Assembly (NCBI GenBank): GCA_052035985.1
Contig: JBPOHC010000544.1
Location: 1,597-65,596, forward strand
Reading direction: 5' to 3'
Source of the DNA: Myxococcota bacterium
Lineage (GTDB): Bacteria > Myxococcota_A > Polyangia > Polyangiales > Ga0077539
DNA length: 64,000 bases
Shown here piece by piece: positions 31,775-43,974 of the stretch (positions are counted from its first letter, which is position 1; each line of letters begins with the position of its first letter). A program made the translations under genes and the position numbers. Below the pieces are notes generated by a model. It saw nothing but the letters and a program-made list of their open reading frames with translations, made no database searches and was not told where the DNA came from.

Positions 31775-34700
31775 ATGAAGTTGATGTCCAAGGCTTCCAT
31801 CGCTCGCGCGAGCGGGCTCCTGTCCGCGTGCCTGACCCTCGCGCCGCACGTGGCGCACGCGCAGCACACGCCCGATGAGTGGGCGGTGATCCACGCGCGC
31901 GACGCCTTCGCGCAGCGCGCGCAACCCCGCGGCGCCATTCCCCTCCTGCGGCTCCGAGGGCTCCGCGATCACGTCGACCCCGCGTCGCTCGTGGCGCGCG
32001 TGCACACGCTCGCGGCGAACCCCGCGGTGCCTCCGCTGCGTCGCGCGCTCGCGCTCCAGGTCGAGGCCGATCTGCGCAGAGACCTCGGTCAGCTCGCCGA
32101 GGCCGAGGCCATCACACGCAGCCTCGGGTACATCACCTCGTGGTGGATCGTCGGGCCCTTCGACAACGAAGGCCGCTCAGGCTTTACCCGTACGCTCGGC
32201 CCCGAGGAGCACCCCGGCGCGCGCCTCGACGTCACGCAGCCCTTCGAAGGAAAAGAGCGCCCCGTTCGCTGGCGCCGCATGCCCGCGCTCGCCACGCGCG
32301 GCTACGTGGCCCTCGACGCGGCGGTGCGTCCGAGCGTCAACGCGTGTGCTTTCGCGGCCACCACGATCACGTCTCCTCGCGCGGAGCCCGCGGTGCTGTG
32401 GCTCGGCGCCGCGGGGGCCGTGCGCGCGATCGTCAACGGTGTCGAGGTCTACGCCGACAGCGCCGTCCGTCGCGCCGCGCCCGATCGCGCGGGCGTGAGC
32501 GTGCGGCTCCGCGCGGGCGCCAACCGCGTGCTCCTCAAGGTGTGCACCGACGAGCGCGGCCTCGGGTTCTTCGCGCGCTTCACGCGCCCCGACGGATCGC
32601 CTCGCGTCGACCTGGCCGTCGCAGAGGATCCGGGCGAGGTGACCGTGACGCCTCCCGCCGCGAACGCGCAGCCGCCCGCGGTGATGGGCGTGCTCGGTGA
32701 GCTCCAGCGCGCGGTGACCGACGCGGCGCCTGCGCAGGCCGTCGAAGACTGCGCGCGATACCTCTCGCTCACGGGTGCTGATGACCCCGCGGCGCCGCAG
32801 GCCGCAGACCTCGCAGAGCGCGCGGCGAGAGCGGCGAACACCGCGTCGGGGTGGCTCCTCCTCGCGGACCTCACCACCGACCGGAACCGTCGCCTCGAGG
32901 CGCTCCGTCGCGCGTACGCGCTCTCGCCGCACGACGCCCATGTGCTCACCGCGGTGGGCCACGAGCGACGGCTCGGGGTGCGTCCCGAAGACTGCCTCCC
33001 GTACCTCGAAGAGGCCGAGCGCATCGATCCGGGGTACGTGCTCCCGAAGGTCGAGCGCGCGCTGCTGCTCGACAACGTGGGGCTCTCGCTCGCCGCGCTC
33101 ACCGAGCTCGAGGCCGCGTACGCGCTCGCGCCGCGGTCGGCCACGGTGCTCCGCGCGAGGCTCCAGGTGTCCGAGCACGCGGGGCAGACCGCCCTCTCGC
33201 AGTCGCTCCGCGAGTCGCTCCTTCGGCTGCGATACACCGACGTCGAGGCCCACGAGGGGATCGCCCGCGACGCGCGCGCGCGCGGCGATCGCGAGCTCGT
33301 GCGGCGTGAGGCCGAGCGCATCGTCGCGCTGCGCCCCGAGTCATTGCCCATCTACACCGAGGCCGCGGAGTTCTTCGAAGCCATCGGTGACGGAGGCGCC
33401 GCCGTGGGAACCCTCGCGCGCGCCGTCGAGGTCGCCCCCGACGAGCCCTCGCTCTGGAACGCGCGCGGCGAGCTCGAAGAGCGCCTCGGTCGCCGCGACG
33501 ACGCGCGCGCCTCGATGCGCCAGGCCCTCGCGCTGCGTCCGCAAGACGCGTCGCTCCGTCGTCACCTCGAGGCGCTCGAGCCCGCCGTGCCGAGGCCCGA
33601 CGAGGCCCTCGCCGAAGATGCGACGGCGCTCCTCGCGAGGCGCGAGCCCGCGGGGTCGCAGCGCGTGGACTATCACGTCCGCTCGCTGGCCGAGCTCACC
33701 GTGCGGACGGTCTACGCCAACGGCCTCTCGGGGATGTTCCGCCAGGTGGCCTACGAGGTGCGCGACGCCGAGGGGGCCACGGATGGGCGGTCGTACAGCA
33801 TGCAGTACGACCCCCTCTCGCAGCGCTTCGAACTGCGCGGCGCGTGGGTGCTCCACGCCGACGGGACGCGCGACGAGGGAACGCAGGTCGAGGAGTACGA
33901 CGTCAACGCCGACCCCTCGACGCGGATGTACTTCTCGAACCGCGTGGTGCAGGTGACCTTTCCGCGGCTCACGGCGGGCGACGTGGTCGAGGTGCGCTGG
34001 CGCGTCGACGACGTGTCGTCTCGCAACGCCTTCGCGGACTACTTCGGCGACCTCGAGGTGGTGCAGTCCGCCGTGCCGCGCGCGAGCTGGCGCTACGTGC
34101 TCCGCGCGCCTGCGACGCGAGAGTTCTTCGTCCACGCGGCCCCGATGGCCGACGGCCGCGCCCTCACGCGCGAAGAGCGCGCCGACGGAGACACGCGCGT
34201 GCTCACCTACTCGGCCACCGACATCGCCGCGGTGCCGCCCGAGGAGCACTCGCCCGGCGTGACCGAGCGCGCGGCCTACCTCCACGTGAGCACCTACCGC
34301 ACGTGGGAAGACGTCGGCCGCTGGTACTGGGGCCTCGTGCGCGATCAGCTCGTGGCCGACGACCGCATGCGCGCCGTCGTGCGAGAGATCACCCGCGGAC
34401 GCACGGACCCTCGCGACCGCGTGCGCGCGGTGTACGACTGGGTGCTCTCGCACACGCGCTACGTCGCGCTCGAGTTCGGCATCCACGGCTTCAAGCCCTA
34501 CCCCGTGACGCAGGTCTGCACGCGCGGCTTCGGAGACTGCAAAGACAAGGCGTCGACCATCGTCGCGATGCTCCGTGAAGCTGGGGTCGATGCCTCCGTG
34601 GCGCTCGTTCGCACGCGTCGCAACGGGCGCATCGAGACGACGCCCGCGTCGCTCGCGGTCTTCGATCACGCGATCGCGTACGTGCCCTCGCTCGACCTCT

Positions 34701-35476
34701 TTCTCGACGGAACCGCGCAGCACAGCGGCATGGACGAGCTCCCCGGCGGAGACCAGGGGGTCATGGTGCTCGTGGTCGATCAGCGCGGCGTCGCGCGGCT
34801 CATGCAGACGCCCGTGTACACCCCCGAGCGCAACGTCACCACGGTGACCGGCGAGGTCGCCATTCAGCCCACGGGGAGCGCGCTCTTCCGCGTGTCGCAG
34901 CGCGTGGTGGGACCCGACGCGGGCGGCGCGCGGAGCACCCTCGAAGCCCAGGCCACGCGCGTCGAGCGCGTCGAGGATCAGCTCCGGGATCACTACCCCG
35001 GCATCCACGTCACCTCCGTGCGCACGGGGGATCTCACCGACGTCGAGCGCCCCGCGGAGTTCAGCTACGACGCCACCGCGCCCACCTTCGGCACGCGTCA
35101 GGGCGACTCGCTCCTCTTCGCCGCCGTCGCGCCCGTGGACCTCTCGCGTCGCCTCGGCGCGCGCTCCACGCGCCGGTACGACATCGTCGTGGGCGTGCCG
35201 AGCACCTTCGACGAGACGCGGACCATCCGCCTCCCGCCGGGCGCCACGGTGGTCGACCTGCCGCCCGCGGCGCACATCGAATCGCCCTTCGGTACGCTGA
35301 ATTTCACCGTCGAGAGCCGTCAGGGCGCCCTCCACGTGCGCCGCACCATGGTGCTCGCGCGCGACCGCATCACGCCGCAGGACTACCCCTCGTTCCGCGC
35401 CTTCGCGCAGTCCGTCGACGACGCCCTCGCGCGCAGGGTCACCGTGCGCCTCAACGCCCCGGAGGCCGCTCGATGA
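31775..35476 (+). CDS. secreted TPR / DUF3857-like / transglutaminase-like cysteine-protease-fold protein (1233 aa)
   Basis: ATG 31775 (MKLMSKASIARASGLLSACLTLAPHVAHAQ). TPR-like helical repeats. Core FGDCKDKASTIVAMLREAGVDASVALV (Cys), FDHAIAYV (His), FLDGTA (Asp). Confidence 0.85.
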   Translation: MKLMSKASIARASGLLSACLTLAPHVAHAQHTPDEWAVIHARDAFAQRAQPRGAIPLLRLRGLRDHVDPASLVARVHTLAANPAVPPLRRALALQVEADLRRDLGQLAEAEAITRSLGYITSWWIVGPFDNEGRSGFTRTLGPEEHPGARLDVTQPFEGKERPVRWRRMPALATRGYVALDAAVRPSVNACAFAATTITSPRAEPAVLWLGAAGAVRAIVNGVEVYADSAVRRAAPDRAGVSVRLRAGANRVLLKVCTDERGLGFFARFTRPDGSPRVDLAVAEDPGEVTVTPPAANAQPPAVMGVLGELQRAVTDAAPAQAVEDCARYLSLTGADDPAAPQAADLAERAARAANTASGWLLLADLTTDRNRRLEALRRAYALSPHDAHVLTAVGHERRLGVRPEDCLPYLEEAERIDPGYVLPKVERALLLDNVGLSLAALTELEAAYALAPRSATVLRARLQVSEHAGQTALSQSLRESLLRLRYTDVEAHEGIARDARARGDRELVRREAERIVALRPESLPIYTEAAEFFEAIGDGGAAVGTLARAVEVAPDEPSLWNARGELEERLGRRDDARASMRQALALRPQDASLRRHLEALEPAVPRPDEALAEDATALLARREPAGSQRVDYHVRSLAELTVRTVYANGLSGMFRQVAYEVRDAEGATDGRSYSMQYDPLSQRFELRGAWVLHADGTRDEGTQVEEYDVNADPSTRMYFSNRVVQVTFPRLTAGDVVEVRWRVDDVSSRNAFADYFGDLEVVQSAVPRASWRYVLRAPATREFFVHAAPMADGRALTREERADGDTRVLTYSATDIAAVPPEEHSPGVTERAAYLHVSTYRTWEDVGRWYWGLVRDQLVADDRMRAVVREITRGRTDPRDRVRAVYDWVLSHTRYVALEFGIHGFKPYPVTQVCTRGFGDCKDKASTIVAMLREAGVDASVALVRTRRNGRIETTPASLAVFDHAIAYVPSLDLFLDGTAQHSGMDELPGGDQGVMVLVVDQRGVARLMQTPVYTPERNVTTVTGEVAIQPTGSALFRVSQRVVGPDAGGARSTLEAQATRVERVEDQLRDHYPGIHVTSVRTGDLTDVERPAEFSYDATAPTFGTRQGDSLLFAAVAPVDLSRRLGARSTRRYDIVVGVPSTFDETRTIRLPPGATVVDLPPAAHIESPFGTLNFTVESRQGALHVRRTMVLARDRITPQDYPSFRAFAQSVDDALARRVTVRLNAPEAAR

Positions 35477-38400
35477 AGCGCTCCATCGCACTCACGCTCG
35501 CGCTCTCGTCTGCCCTCTCGCTCGCCGCGTGCGCTCCATCGGGGGGCGCTCGCCGCGCGCAGGTCTCGCTCGCCACGCTCCGCGACCGCGCCACGCGCCG
35601 CCCCGCGGACCTCACCGCGCGCCGCGACCGATGCCTCGCCGAGCTCGTCGCGCCCGGCGGCGACGTGGCCTTCGCCGTCGAGACGCTCGACGCGCTCGTC
35701 ACGTCGCTCCCCAACGATCCGCGCGTTCGATTCGCGCGCGGGCTCGTGCGCTCTCAGCGCGGCGATTTCGAAGGCGCCCTCGTCGAGTACGTCGCCACGG
35801 TGCGCGCCGCGCGTGACACCGACGACCCGCTCGGACCGGGCATCGCCGAGGCCGCGGTGCCCAAGATCCTCTCGCTGAGGGGTGACGTGCGCGACCTCGA
35901 CACGAGCTTCCGCGCGCTCGTCGATGACGTGATCGAACGGCCTGGATTTCTCGGCGCCGCGGCGCGTGTGGCCCTCGTCGAGAGCGCCGTGCGATGGGCC
36001 CGCGAGCGCGGCGACCGCGAGCTCACTTCACGCTGGGTCGAGGCCGCGGGATGCGCCACCACGTGGACCGTCGCGGGTCCCTTCGGTCCGCTCCCGATGC
36101 TGCGCTTCGACGACCACTTCGGACCCGAGGAGACGGGCGCCATCGCGGCCTCGTACGACCTCGGACCGGGCCGCGGACGGCAGCGCACCTACACCGTGCG
36201 GGCGAGGGGATGCGCTGCGAACCTCGGTCGCGGCGTGACGTGGACGGGCGTGCTCTACGCGTCGACCGATCTGCGCCTGGAGCGCGACATCGACGCGGTG
36301 ATCCACGTCGAGTCTCCCAACGCGTACGCGGTGCTCGTCGACGGCGTGACCGTGGCGACCCTCGACCCTCGCGGCCGCGCCGTGGGCACGGTGGTGAACG
36401 TCCCCGTGCGGCTCGTCGAGGGGGCTCACACGCTGCGCGTGAAGGTCGCGAGCAGCTATCACTCGCCGCTCATCATCGCGACGGTGACCGACCGTGAGGG
36501 ACGACCCGTGGCTCGCTTCGCGCCTCCCTCGGGCGCAGCGAACCCGGTCCCGCCCGTGGTCGAATCTGTGACTCCGTCTGCGGCCGACGATGCGTACTCG
36601 CCCGAGGCGCGTCCGCCCGCGGAGCCCTTCGCGCGCTACGTGACCGCGGAGCTCGCGTTCTCGCGCAAGCACCCCGTCGCCGCGAGGGAGCTCCTCCGTC
36701 CGCTCGCCACGGGAACGTCTCCGACCGCGCCGTCGCTCATCGCGTGGGCGTCGGTGGCGCTCGCGGATCCCTTCGTTCCGCCTGCGCAGGCGCGCGATCG
36801 GGCGCGCCACGCGTTCGAAGCCGCGGCGCGGCTCGACGAGCAGGCGTACTTCCCGCGGCTCCAGCTCGCGCGGCTCCTGTGGGACGACGAGCGCGCCGAC
36901 GAGGCCCTCGCGATGCTCCGCGAGATCGCGCGTCGCTACCCCGACAACCCCGAGGTCACCTCGGAGCTCGCCGACCGCCTCGTGCAGCGCAACTGGGACG
37001 GCGAAGCGCGAGAACTCCTCACGCGCTTCCGCGAGCGGCTTCCGGGGGCGTGCTGGCCCTCTCGCATGCTCCTCTCGCTCACGCAGCGTCGCGGAGATGG
37101 CGCCGCCGAGTCTGCGCTCGCCGACGAGGTGCACCGCTGCGACGCGCTCTCCGACGCCGCCGCCGCGACCCTCTCCCGCCTGCGCCGATGGGGCGAGGCC
37201 GAGACCGAGTACCTCCGCCTCGTGGCCGACGACCCCGAAGGACGCGGCCTCCGTCGGTCGCTCGTCGAGCTCGCCCGCGCGCGTGGAGATCACCCCGAGG
37301 CCGCCCGTCGCGCGCTCGCGCTGCTGGCCGACATGCCCGAAGACGACGCGCTGCGGGCCGACCTCGTCGACCTCCTCGTCGCGCGCGGTGACACCCCCGA
37401 GGCCCGCGCCGTGCTCGATCGCGAGCTCTCTCGCTCGCCCGCCGAGCTCGCGACGCTCTACCGCATGCGCGCGCTCCTCACGCGCCGCGACGACCTCGAG
37501 CCGTGGCGCCTCGACGGTCGTCGCATCCTCGCGGACTTCGACGCCTCGGGGCGCGAGTACGACGGCGCCGCCGTGCTGGTGCTCGACTACACCGTGCGCC
37601 GCGCGTACGCCGACGGATCGGCGCTGGAGCTCACCCACAACGTGGTGCGCGTCCAGTCGCAGGAGGCCGTCGAGGAGTACGGCGAGTTCACGCCGCCGCA
37701 GGGCGCGTCGGTCTACCGCGTGCGCACGCTCAAGGCCGACGGGCGCGTGCTCGAACCCGAGGTGGTCGCGGGAAAAGACTCGCTCTCGCTGCCCGACCTC
37801 CGCCCCGGCGACGCCGTGGAGTTCGAATACGTGCGAGCCCTCTCTCCGGCCGACCTCGCGCCCGGTGGATTTCTCGGAGAGCGCTTCTATTTCAGGGGTT
37901 TCGACGTTCCGTACGACCGCTCGGAGTACGTGGTGGTGACGCCGCGCGACGTGTCGCTCGTGGTCGACCCGCGGGGCCCCGCGCCGACGCACGAGCGCAC
38001 CGACCGCAGCGGCCTCGTCGAGCACCGATGGGTCGCGCGGCAGAGCCATCGCATGACCCCGGAGCCGCGATCGATCACCGCGCGGGAGTTCATCCCGAGC
38101 GTGGCCGTGGGCGTCGGCGCGACGTGGGATCGCTTCGTCGACGCGCTGCGCGAGCGCATCATCGACATGGACGTCGCCGACCCCGAGTCGGTGCGCCTCG
38201 CGGCGGAGATCACCCGCGGCGCGCGCACGCCGACGGAGAAGCTCCAGCGGGTTCACGCGTGGGTGCTCGATCACATCGAGCAGCAGGGCGCGGGGACGCC
38301 CTTCGATCAGGCCGCGCGCATGGTGGCCTCGCGACAGGGCCACCGAACGCGCGTGCTGCGCTACCTCCTCGGACTCGCGGGCGTTCCGTGCGAGGTGGCG

Positions 38401-39261
38401 CTGGTGCGTCAGGGGTCGGGCGACGCGACGCGGTCGGAGCTCTCCGACGACGAGACCTACCAGTCGATCATGCTGCGCGTGCAGACCGAGCGAGGCCCGC
38501 GATGGGTCACCGCGGCGGATCACAACGCGCCCGTGGGGTACATTCCCCCCGCGCTCGCAGGGGCCGAGGCCGTGCTCCTCACGGCGGGATCACCGCGGGA
38601 GCACCTCCCCGCGCTCGACCTCGAACAGCACGGACGCGCGCTCACGGTGCAGCTCGCGCTGTCGAGCGACGGGTCGGGCAGGGCCGTCGTCGAGGAGCGG
38701 CTGCGAGGCTACGCGGCGACGGGCGCGCGCGAGGCCGTGCGCTCGATGGACGCGGCCAACCGCGAGCGTCAGTTCGAAGCGTACGTGGGGCGCATGGTGG
38801 CGGGCGCGTCGCTCGAGACCTTCGCGGTGACGGGCGTCGAGGACCGCGAGGCCGACATGGTGCTGCGATACACCTTCCGCGCGCCCAACATGGCGACGCC
38901 CTCGGGGACGCAGCTCGCGTTCGAGGGGCTCTTTCAGGCCGAGGCGTCGCGCGTCTACGCCGACACCCGCGAGCGCTCGGTGCCCATGTGGAACGGCGAC
39001 CCCGTGCGCGCGACGCTCGACCTCACGGTGACGCTCCCCACGGGCGCGCGCGTCGAGGAGCTCCCTCCCGACGCGGAGGGGCGCGCGACGGGCATCGGCT
39101 GGTCGATCCGCAGCGAGCGCACGCGCGACGGCTTTCACCTCGCGCGGCGCGTCGAGATCCCGACGGGCCGGGTCACCCCCGCGGACTACGGACCCTTCGC
39201 CGAGCAGGCGCGCGCGCTCGACACGGCCGACACGCGCCGCATCACGATCGCCCTGCCCTGA
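35473..39261 (+). CDS. paralogous TPR / DUF3857-like / transglutaminase-like protein lacking the catalytic Cys (lipoprotein, 1262 aa)
   Basis: MKRSIALTLALSSALSLAAC lipobox. ATGA overlap with the previous gene. Same domain order, but the core reads SRQGHRTRVLRYLLGLAGVPCEVALV (no Cys at the nucleophile position) and YQSIMLRV in place of FDHAIAYV. Confidence 0.8.
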   Translation: MKRSIALTLALSSALSLAACAPSGGARRAQVSLATLRDRATRRPADLTARRDRCLAELVAPGGDVAFAVETLDALVTSLPNDPRVRFARGLVRSQRGDFEGALVEYVATVRAARDTDDPLGPGIAEAAVPKILSLRGDVRDLDTSFRALVDDVIERPGFLGAAARVALVESAVRWARERGDRELTSRWVEAAGCATTWTVAGPFGPLPMLRFDDHFGPEETGAIAASYDLGPGRGRQRTYTVRARGCAANLGRGVTWTGVLYASTDLRLERDIDAVIHVESPNAYAVLVDGVTVATLDPRGRAVGTVVNVPVRLVEGAHTLRVKVASSYHSPLIIATVTDREGRPVARFAPPSGAANPVPPVVESVTPSAADDAYSPEARPPAEPFARYVTAELAFSRKHPVAARELLRPLATGTSPTAPSLIAWASVALADPFVPPAQARDRARHAFEAAARLDEQAYFPRLQLARLLWDDERADEALAMLREIARRYPDNPEVTSELADRLVQRNWDGEARELLTRFRERLPGACWPSRMLLSLTQRRGDGAAESALADEVHRCDALSDAAAATLSRLRRWGEAETEYLRLVADDPEGRGLRRSLVELARARGDHPEAARRALALLADMPEDDALRADLVDLLVARGDTPEARAVLDRELSRSPAELATLYRMRALLTRRDDLEPWRLDGRRILADFDASGREYDGAAVLVLDYTVRRAYADGSALELTHNVVRVQSQEAVEEYGEFTPPQGASVYRVRTLKADGRVLEPEVVAGKDSLSLPDLRPGDAVEFEYVRALSPADLAPGGFLGERFYFRGFDVPYDRSEYVVVTPRDVSLVVDPRGPAPTHERTDRSGLVEHRWVARQSHRMTPEPRSITAREFIPSVAVGVGATWDRFVDALRERIIDMDVADPESVRLAAEITRGARTPTEKLQRVHAWVLDHIEQQGAGTPFDQAARMVASRQGHRTRVLRYLLGLAGVPCEVALVRQGSGDATRSELSDDETYQSIMLRVQTERGPRWVTAADHNAPVGYIPPALAGAEAVLLTAGSPREHLPALDLEQHGRALTVQLALSSDGSGRAVVEERLRGYAATGAREAVRSMDAANRERQFEAYVGRMVAGASLETFAVTGVEDREADMVLRYTFRAPNMATPSGTQLAFEGLFQAEASRVYADTRERSVPMWNGDPVRATLDLTVTLPTGARVEELPPDAEGRATGIGWSIRSERTRDGFHLARRVEIPTGRVTPADYGPFAEQARALDTADTRRITIALP

Positions 39262-39274
39262 AGGGTGTTTCGCG

Positions 39275-40672
39275 CTACGAGCCGGGCTTGAAGAGCACCG
39301 TGGTGACGGTCTTCACGAGCGTCACCGCGTAGAGCGGCACCGAGCGCTCCTGCACATAGAAGAGGTCGTACGAGAGCTTCACGCGGGTGTCGTCGACGCT
39401 CGCGCCGTAGCGGTAGTTCACCTGCGCCCAGCCCGTGAGCCCCGGCTTCACCTGAAAGCGCAGCGCGTAGTACGGGATCTGGAGCTTGAGGTCGGCCACG
39501 AAGACCGGCCGCTCGGGGCGCGGACCCACGAGGCTCATCTCGCCCGTGAGCACGTTCCAGAGCTGCGGGAGCTCGTCGATGCGAGAGCGCCGGAGAAAGC
39601 GCCCGAAGGGCGTGACGCGCGTGTCGACGGGGCCCTGAGACCACCGCGGTCCGTCGCGCTCGGCGTCCGTTCGCATCGAGCGGAACTTGCGGAGCACGTA
39701 GGGGCGCTCGTCCTGACCGACGCGCTCCTGGCTGTAGAACACGGGGCCCGGCATCGTGAGCTTGATGCCCACGGCGGCGATGATCCACAGGGGCAGCGAG
39801 AGCGCGAGGAGGACCACCGCGGCGACGAAATCGAACACGCGCAGGAGGTTCGAGAGCACCGGCCGCGTGTCGCGCGTGAACGCAGGAACGCGCAGAAAGT
39901 ACCTGTCGTCGACGAGCTCCAGGGGGATGCGCCCCGTGAGGTCTTGATAGCGGTCGTTGAGGTCGTGGAGCTCGACGCCCTTGCCCTTGAGCCGCAGGAA
40001 CTCGCCCGCCGCGGTCTGCGGGAGGCGGTCGATGCCCGCGACGATGAGGTGCCGCGACGCCTTTCGCGCGAGGGCCTCCTCGCAGTCGTTGACGGAGCCC
40101 ACGGGCGGCGGGATGGAGCCCCGCGACGAGGGCGGCGCGGCGCCTCCGACGGGCACGGTGCCCACCAGGTGAAAATGGCTCTCGGGGTTCTTGAAGAACT
40201 CCTCGACGACGTCTTCGGGCGTCGCGCCCACGGTCACGAGCAGCGCGCGCACCGGCGGCATTCGCTCGGCCGCGCGCCGCGAGAGGAACCACCGGCTTGT
40301 GAGCGTGAACGCCGTGAGGATGAGCCCGTGCAGCACGAAGAGCTTGCGAGAGAGCCCCCACTCGGGCAGCGCGAAGCTCGCCACGGCGACGAGGCCCCCG
40401 GCGACCAGCACCGCGGCCACGCAGCGCGCGGAGTTGAGCGCGGTCCTGAAGTCGAGCCTGAGGTTGTAGAGCTCGAACACATAGAACGTGAGCAGGTGGA
40501 GCGTGAGCACGATGGTGGTCGCGCCGGTCCAGTGCTCCAACATGATCCAGACGATCGCGATGCCCGCCGCGGGCCTCAGCACGAAGGCCGCGACGAAGAG
40601 CGCCGTGCTGATCAGCAGCGCGTCGACCCCTGCGAGCCTCGATGCCCTGCGACCGACGTGAAACCCTGCCAA
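39275..40672 (-). CDS. exopolysaccharide-type polyprenyl glycosylphosphotransferase (WbaP/EpsZ-like, ~465 aa)
   Basis: N-terminal TM block, central linker, C-terminal Bac_transf motifs ([34 protein letters not shown]). I prefer TTG 40672 (GGGGAG SD 9 nt upstream, no overlap). The track start TTG 40780 would overlap the upstream gene by 35 nt. Confidence 0.85.
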   Translation of the reverse strand: MAGFHVGRRASRLAGVDALLISTALFVAAFVLRPAAGIAIVWIMLEHWTGATTIVLTLHLLTFYVFELYNLRLDFRTALNSARCVAAVLVAGGLVAVASFALPEWGLSRKLFVLHGLILTAFTLTSRWFLSRRAAERMPPVRALLVTVGATPEDVVEEFFKNPESHFHLVGTVPVGGAAPPSSRGSIPPPVGSVNDCEEALARKASRHLIVAGIDRLPQTAAGEFLRLKGKGVELHDLNDRYQDLTGRIPLELVDDRYFLRVPAFTRDTRPVLSNLLRVFDFVAAVVLLALSLPLWIIAAVGIKLTMPGPVFYSQERVGQDERPYVLRKFRSMRTDAERDGPRWSQGPVDTRVTPFGRFLRRSRIDELPQLWNVLTGEMSLVGPRPERPVFVADLKLQIPYYALRFQVKPGLTGWAQVNYRYGASVDDTRVKLSYDLFYVQERSVPLYAVTLVKTVTTVLFKPGS

Positions 40673-40745
40673 ATCTGCGATCTCCCCGCTGTGGATGCGG
40701 TGGGCGTCTTCACCCGGTATACGCGCCGCCGCGACGCCGGGGAGT

Positions 40746-41801
40746 TCAAGACCCTGGCATGAAGCGGGTGCGCACGCCAAGACCGAGATTCAGCGAATCG
40801 ACGGCTGCGGTGTTGCGCCCCCAGAGCGTCCTCGAATACCCGAGGTTGAGCTCCACCTCGGTGGTGAGCCGCACGATGATGCCGCCGCCGATGTCGAGCG
40901 CGTCGCGCTCCAGCCGCAGCTCGCGCAGGAGGAGGTTGTTCGCGCCGACGTACTGATCCGCGGGCAGGTCGGGGTTGTTGGCGGCGACGCTGACGCCGAT
41001 GACGCGCCCCTGGGTGACCGTGTACGCGAGCTGCGCCCAGGCGTAGATGAGCAGCCGCTCTCCGATGCCCTGACCCGCGCGGAGCGCGGTGAGAACCTGG
41101 TGTCCCGCGCCGCCGAAGCGGAGGTTGTAGGCCGCGTCGATGCGGACGAAGGTGCGGGTTCGAAACGCGTAGCCGAAGAGGAGCCCGAGCGAGGTGTCGA
41201 GCTGACCGTCGCCGAGGGTGACGTCGTCGCGCACGTTCTCGGGCGTCACCCAACGCCGCACATCCGAGAGGAACTCGGTGTTGGTCGACGGGCGATCGCC
41301 GAAGGTCCCCTGCGGAGGGTTGTAGCCCGTGGGGGCCTTGATGCGCAGCTCCGCGGCGAGCGCGAAGGGCTGCTGGAGGAGCCTGTAGCGCGCCGAGAGG
41401 TTGAGGTCGCCGAGGCCGCTCGCGGCGCGCGAGAGGTTGATGATGTTGCGCTGGTAGTAGTCGATCTCGGTCTCGGTGCTCCCCATCGGGCGGTCGAGGA
41501 GGATCACCGGGTCGCCCGTGTATGTGACCTGTCGGATGGGCACCGAGAGTTCGAACTCGAGGCCCTCGATGAACGACGCGCGCACGCCGAGGTTGAAGCT
41601 CGTCCCAACGTAGCGCCCGCGCAGCGGGAAGTTGCGCGGGGTCCCTTGATCGAAGAACTCCTGCGTGGCGGTCTGGTAGCCGAAGGTGCCCGTGAACGCG
41701 ACGGTCCCACGCGGGAGCGTCCACGGCGAGGCGAGCGCGGTGAGGGGGCACGCGAGCGCCGCGAGGGCGGTCGCACACATGAAGCTTCGGGGCGTCAACA
41801 C
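40746..41801 (-). CDS. putative outer-membrane beta-barrel protein (351 aa)
   Basis: Signal peptide MLTPRSFMCATALAALACPLTALA. Long series of amphipathic beta strands (FTGTFGYQ, VGTSFNLGVRASF, FELSVPIRQVTY, LNLSARYRL, ALAAELRIKA, SLGLLFGYAF, VRIDAAYNLRF, VELNLGYSRTLW, LNLGLGVRTRF). Alternative start ATG 41780. Confidence 0.75.
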   Translation of the reverse strand: MLTPRSFMCATALAALACPLTALASPWTLPRGTVAFTGTFGYQTATQEFFDQGTPRNFPLRGRYVGTSFNLGVRASFIEGLEFELSVPIRQVTYTGDPVILLDRPMGSTETEIDYYQRNIINLSRAASGLGDLNLSARYRLLQQPFALAAELRIKAPTGYNPPQGTFGDRPSTNTEFLSDVRRWVTPENVRDDVTLGDGQLDTSLGLLFGYAFRTRTFVRIDAAYNLRFGGAGHQVLTALRAGQGIGERLLIYAWAQLAYTVTQGRVIGVSVAANNPDLPADQYVGANNLLLRELRLERDALDIGGGIIVRLTTEVELNLGYSRTLWGRNTAAVDSLNLGLGVRTRFMPGS

Positions 41802-41838
41802 GCGGAACTGGCTCCGTCGATCGGGGGTTAGGGTGCGT

Positions 41839-43476
<1,638 letters not shown>

Positions 43477-43616
43477 GTGCCACCCTACGCCGCTCTCGAC
43501 GCCTCGGTCACTTCGATGCCACGACAGGGCAGTAGATGTCACCGTATGTTTGCCTCCGAAGGTGAACTACGCGGCCGCGGGGCGCCGCGGATTTGGCGCA
43601 CCTTCGTCGCCGCCTC

Positions 43617-43961
43617 TCACTCGACGGCGAGGCCGTTCTCTCTGCGCGAGCGGATGCAGTTCGCGTCGCCGGCCTCGACGCGCCTGCACGGCGCCGGTCG
43701 AAGCGCGTAGATCTCGCAGCGAACGCGGGCCCCGAGCGATCCGCGGAGGGCGCCGCAGCGCTGACCCGCGTCGAGCTTGAGGTGGCGCTCGCCGTCGTCG
43801 TTGGTGACCACGTAGCGCTCGACGAGGCGCGGGTGCTTGAGCAGCGCCTCGCGGGGGACGACGATCACGTAGTCGCGGTATCCCTCGGCGCGGTTCTCGG
43901 CGGGGTTGACGCAGCAGGCGCCGCATCGGGTGCAGTCGAAGAGGGCGTCGCGCGGTGGCAT
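43617..43961 (-). CDS. YkgJ-family Cys-cluster (CxxCxxCC) protein (114 aa)
   Basis: CTRCGACC motif plus distal Cys residues. Size and pattern typical of UPF0153/YkgJ. Confidence 0.8.
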   Translation of the reverse strand: MPPRDALFDCTRCGACCVNPAENRAEGYRDYVIVVPREALLKHPRLVERYVVTNDDGERHLKLDAGQRCGALRGSLGARVRCEIYALRPAPCRRVEAGDANCIRSRRENGLAVE

Positions 43962-43974
43962 CGCCCTCGGGTGG

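Noticed and set aside
33341-39332. Very long alternative ORFs over the transglutaminase genes (33341..35491 minus, 36028..38523 minus, 37503..39332 plus, 32177..33351 minus)
   Set aside because: All are Arg/Gly/Ala/Glu-rich mirrors of the two + strand genes. The + frames carry lipobox or signal sequences, TPR repeats and the transglutaminase core.
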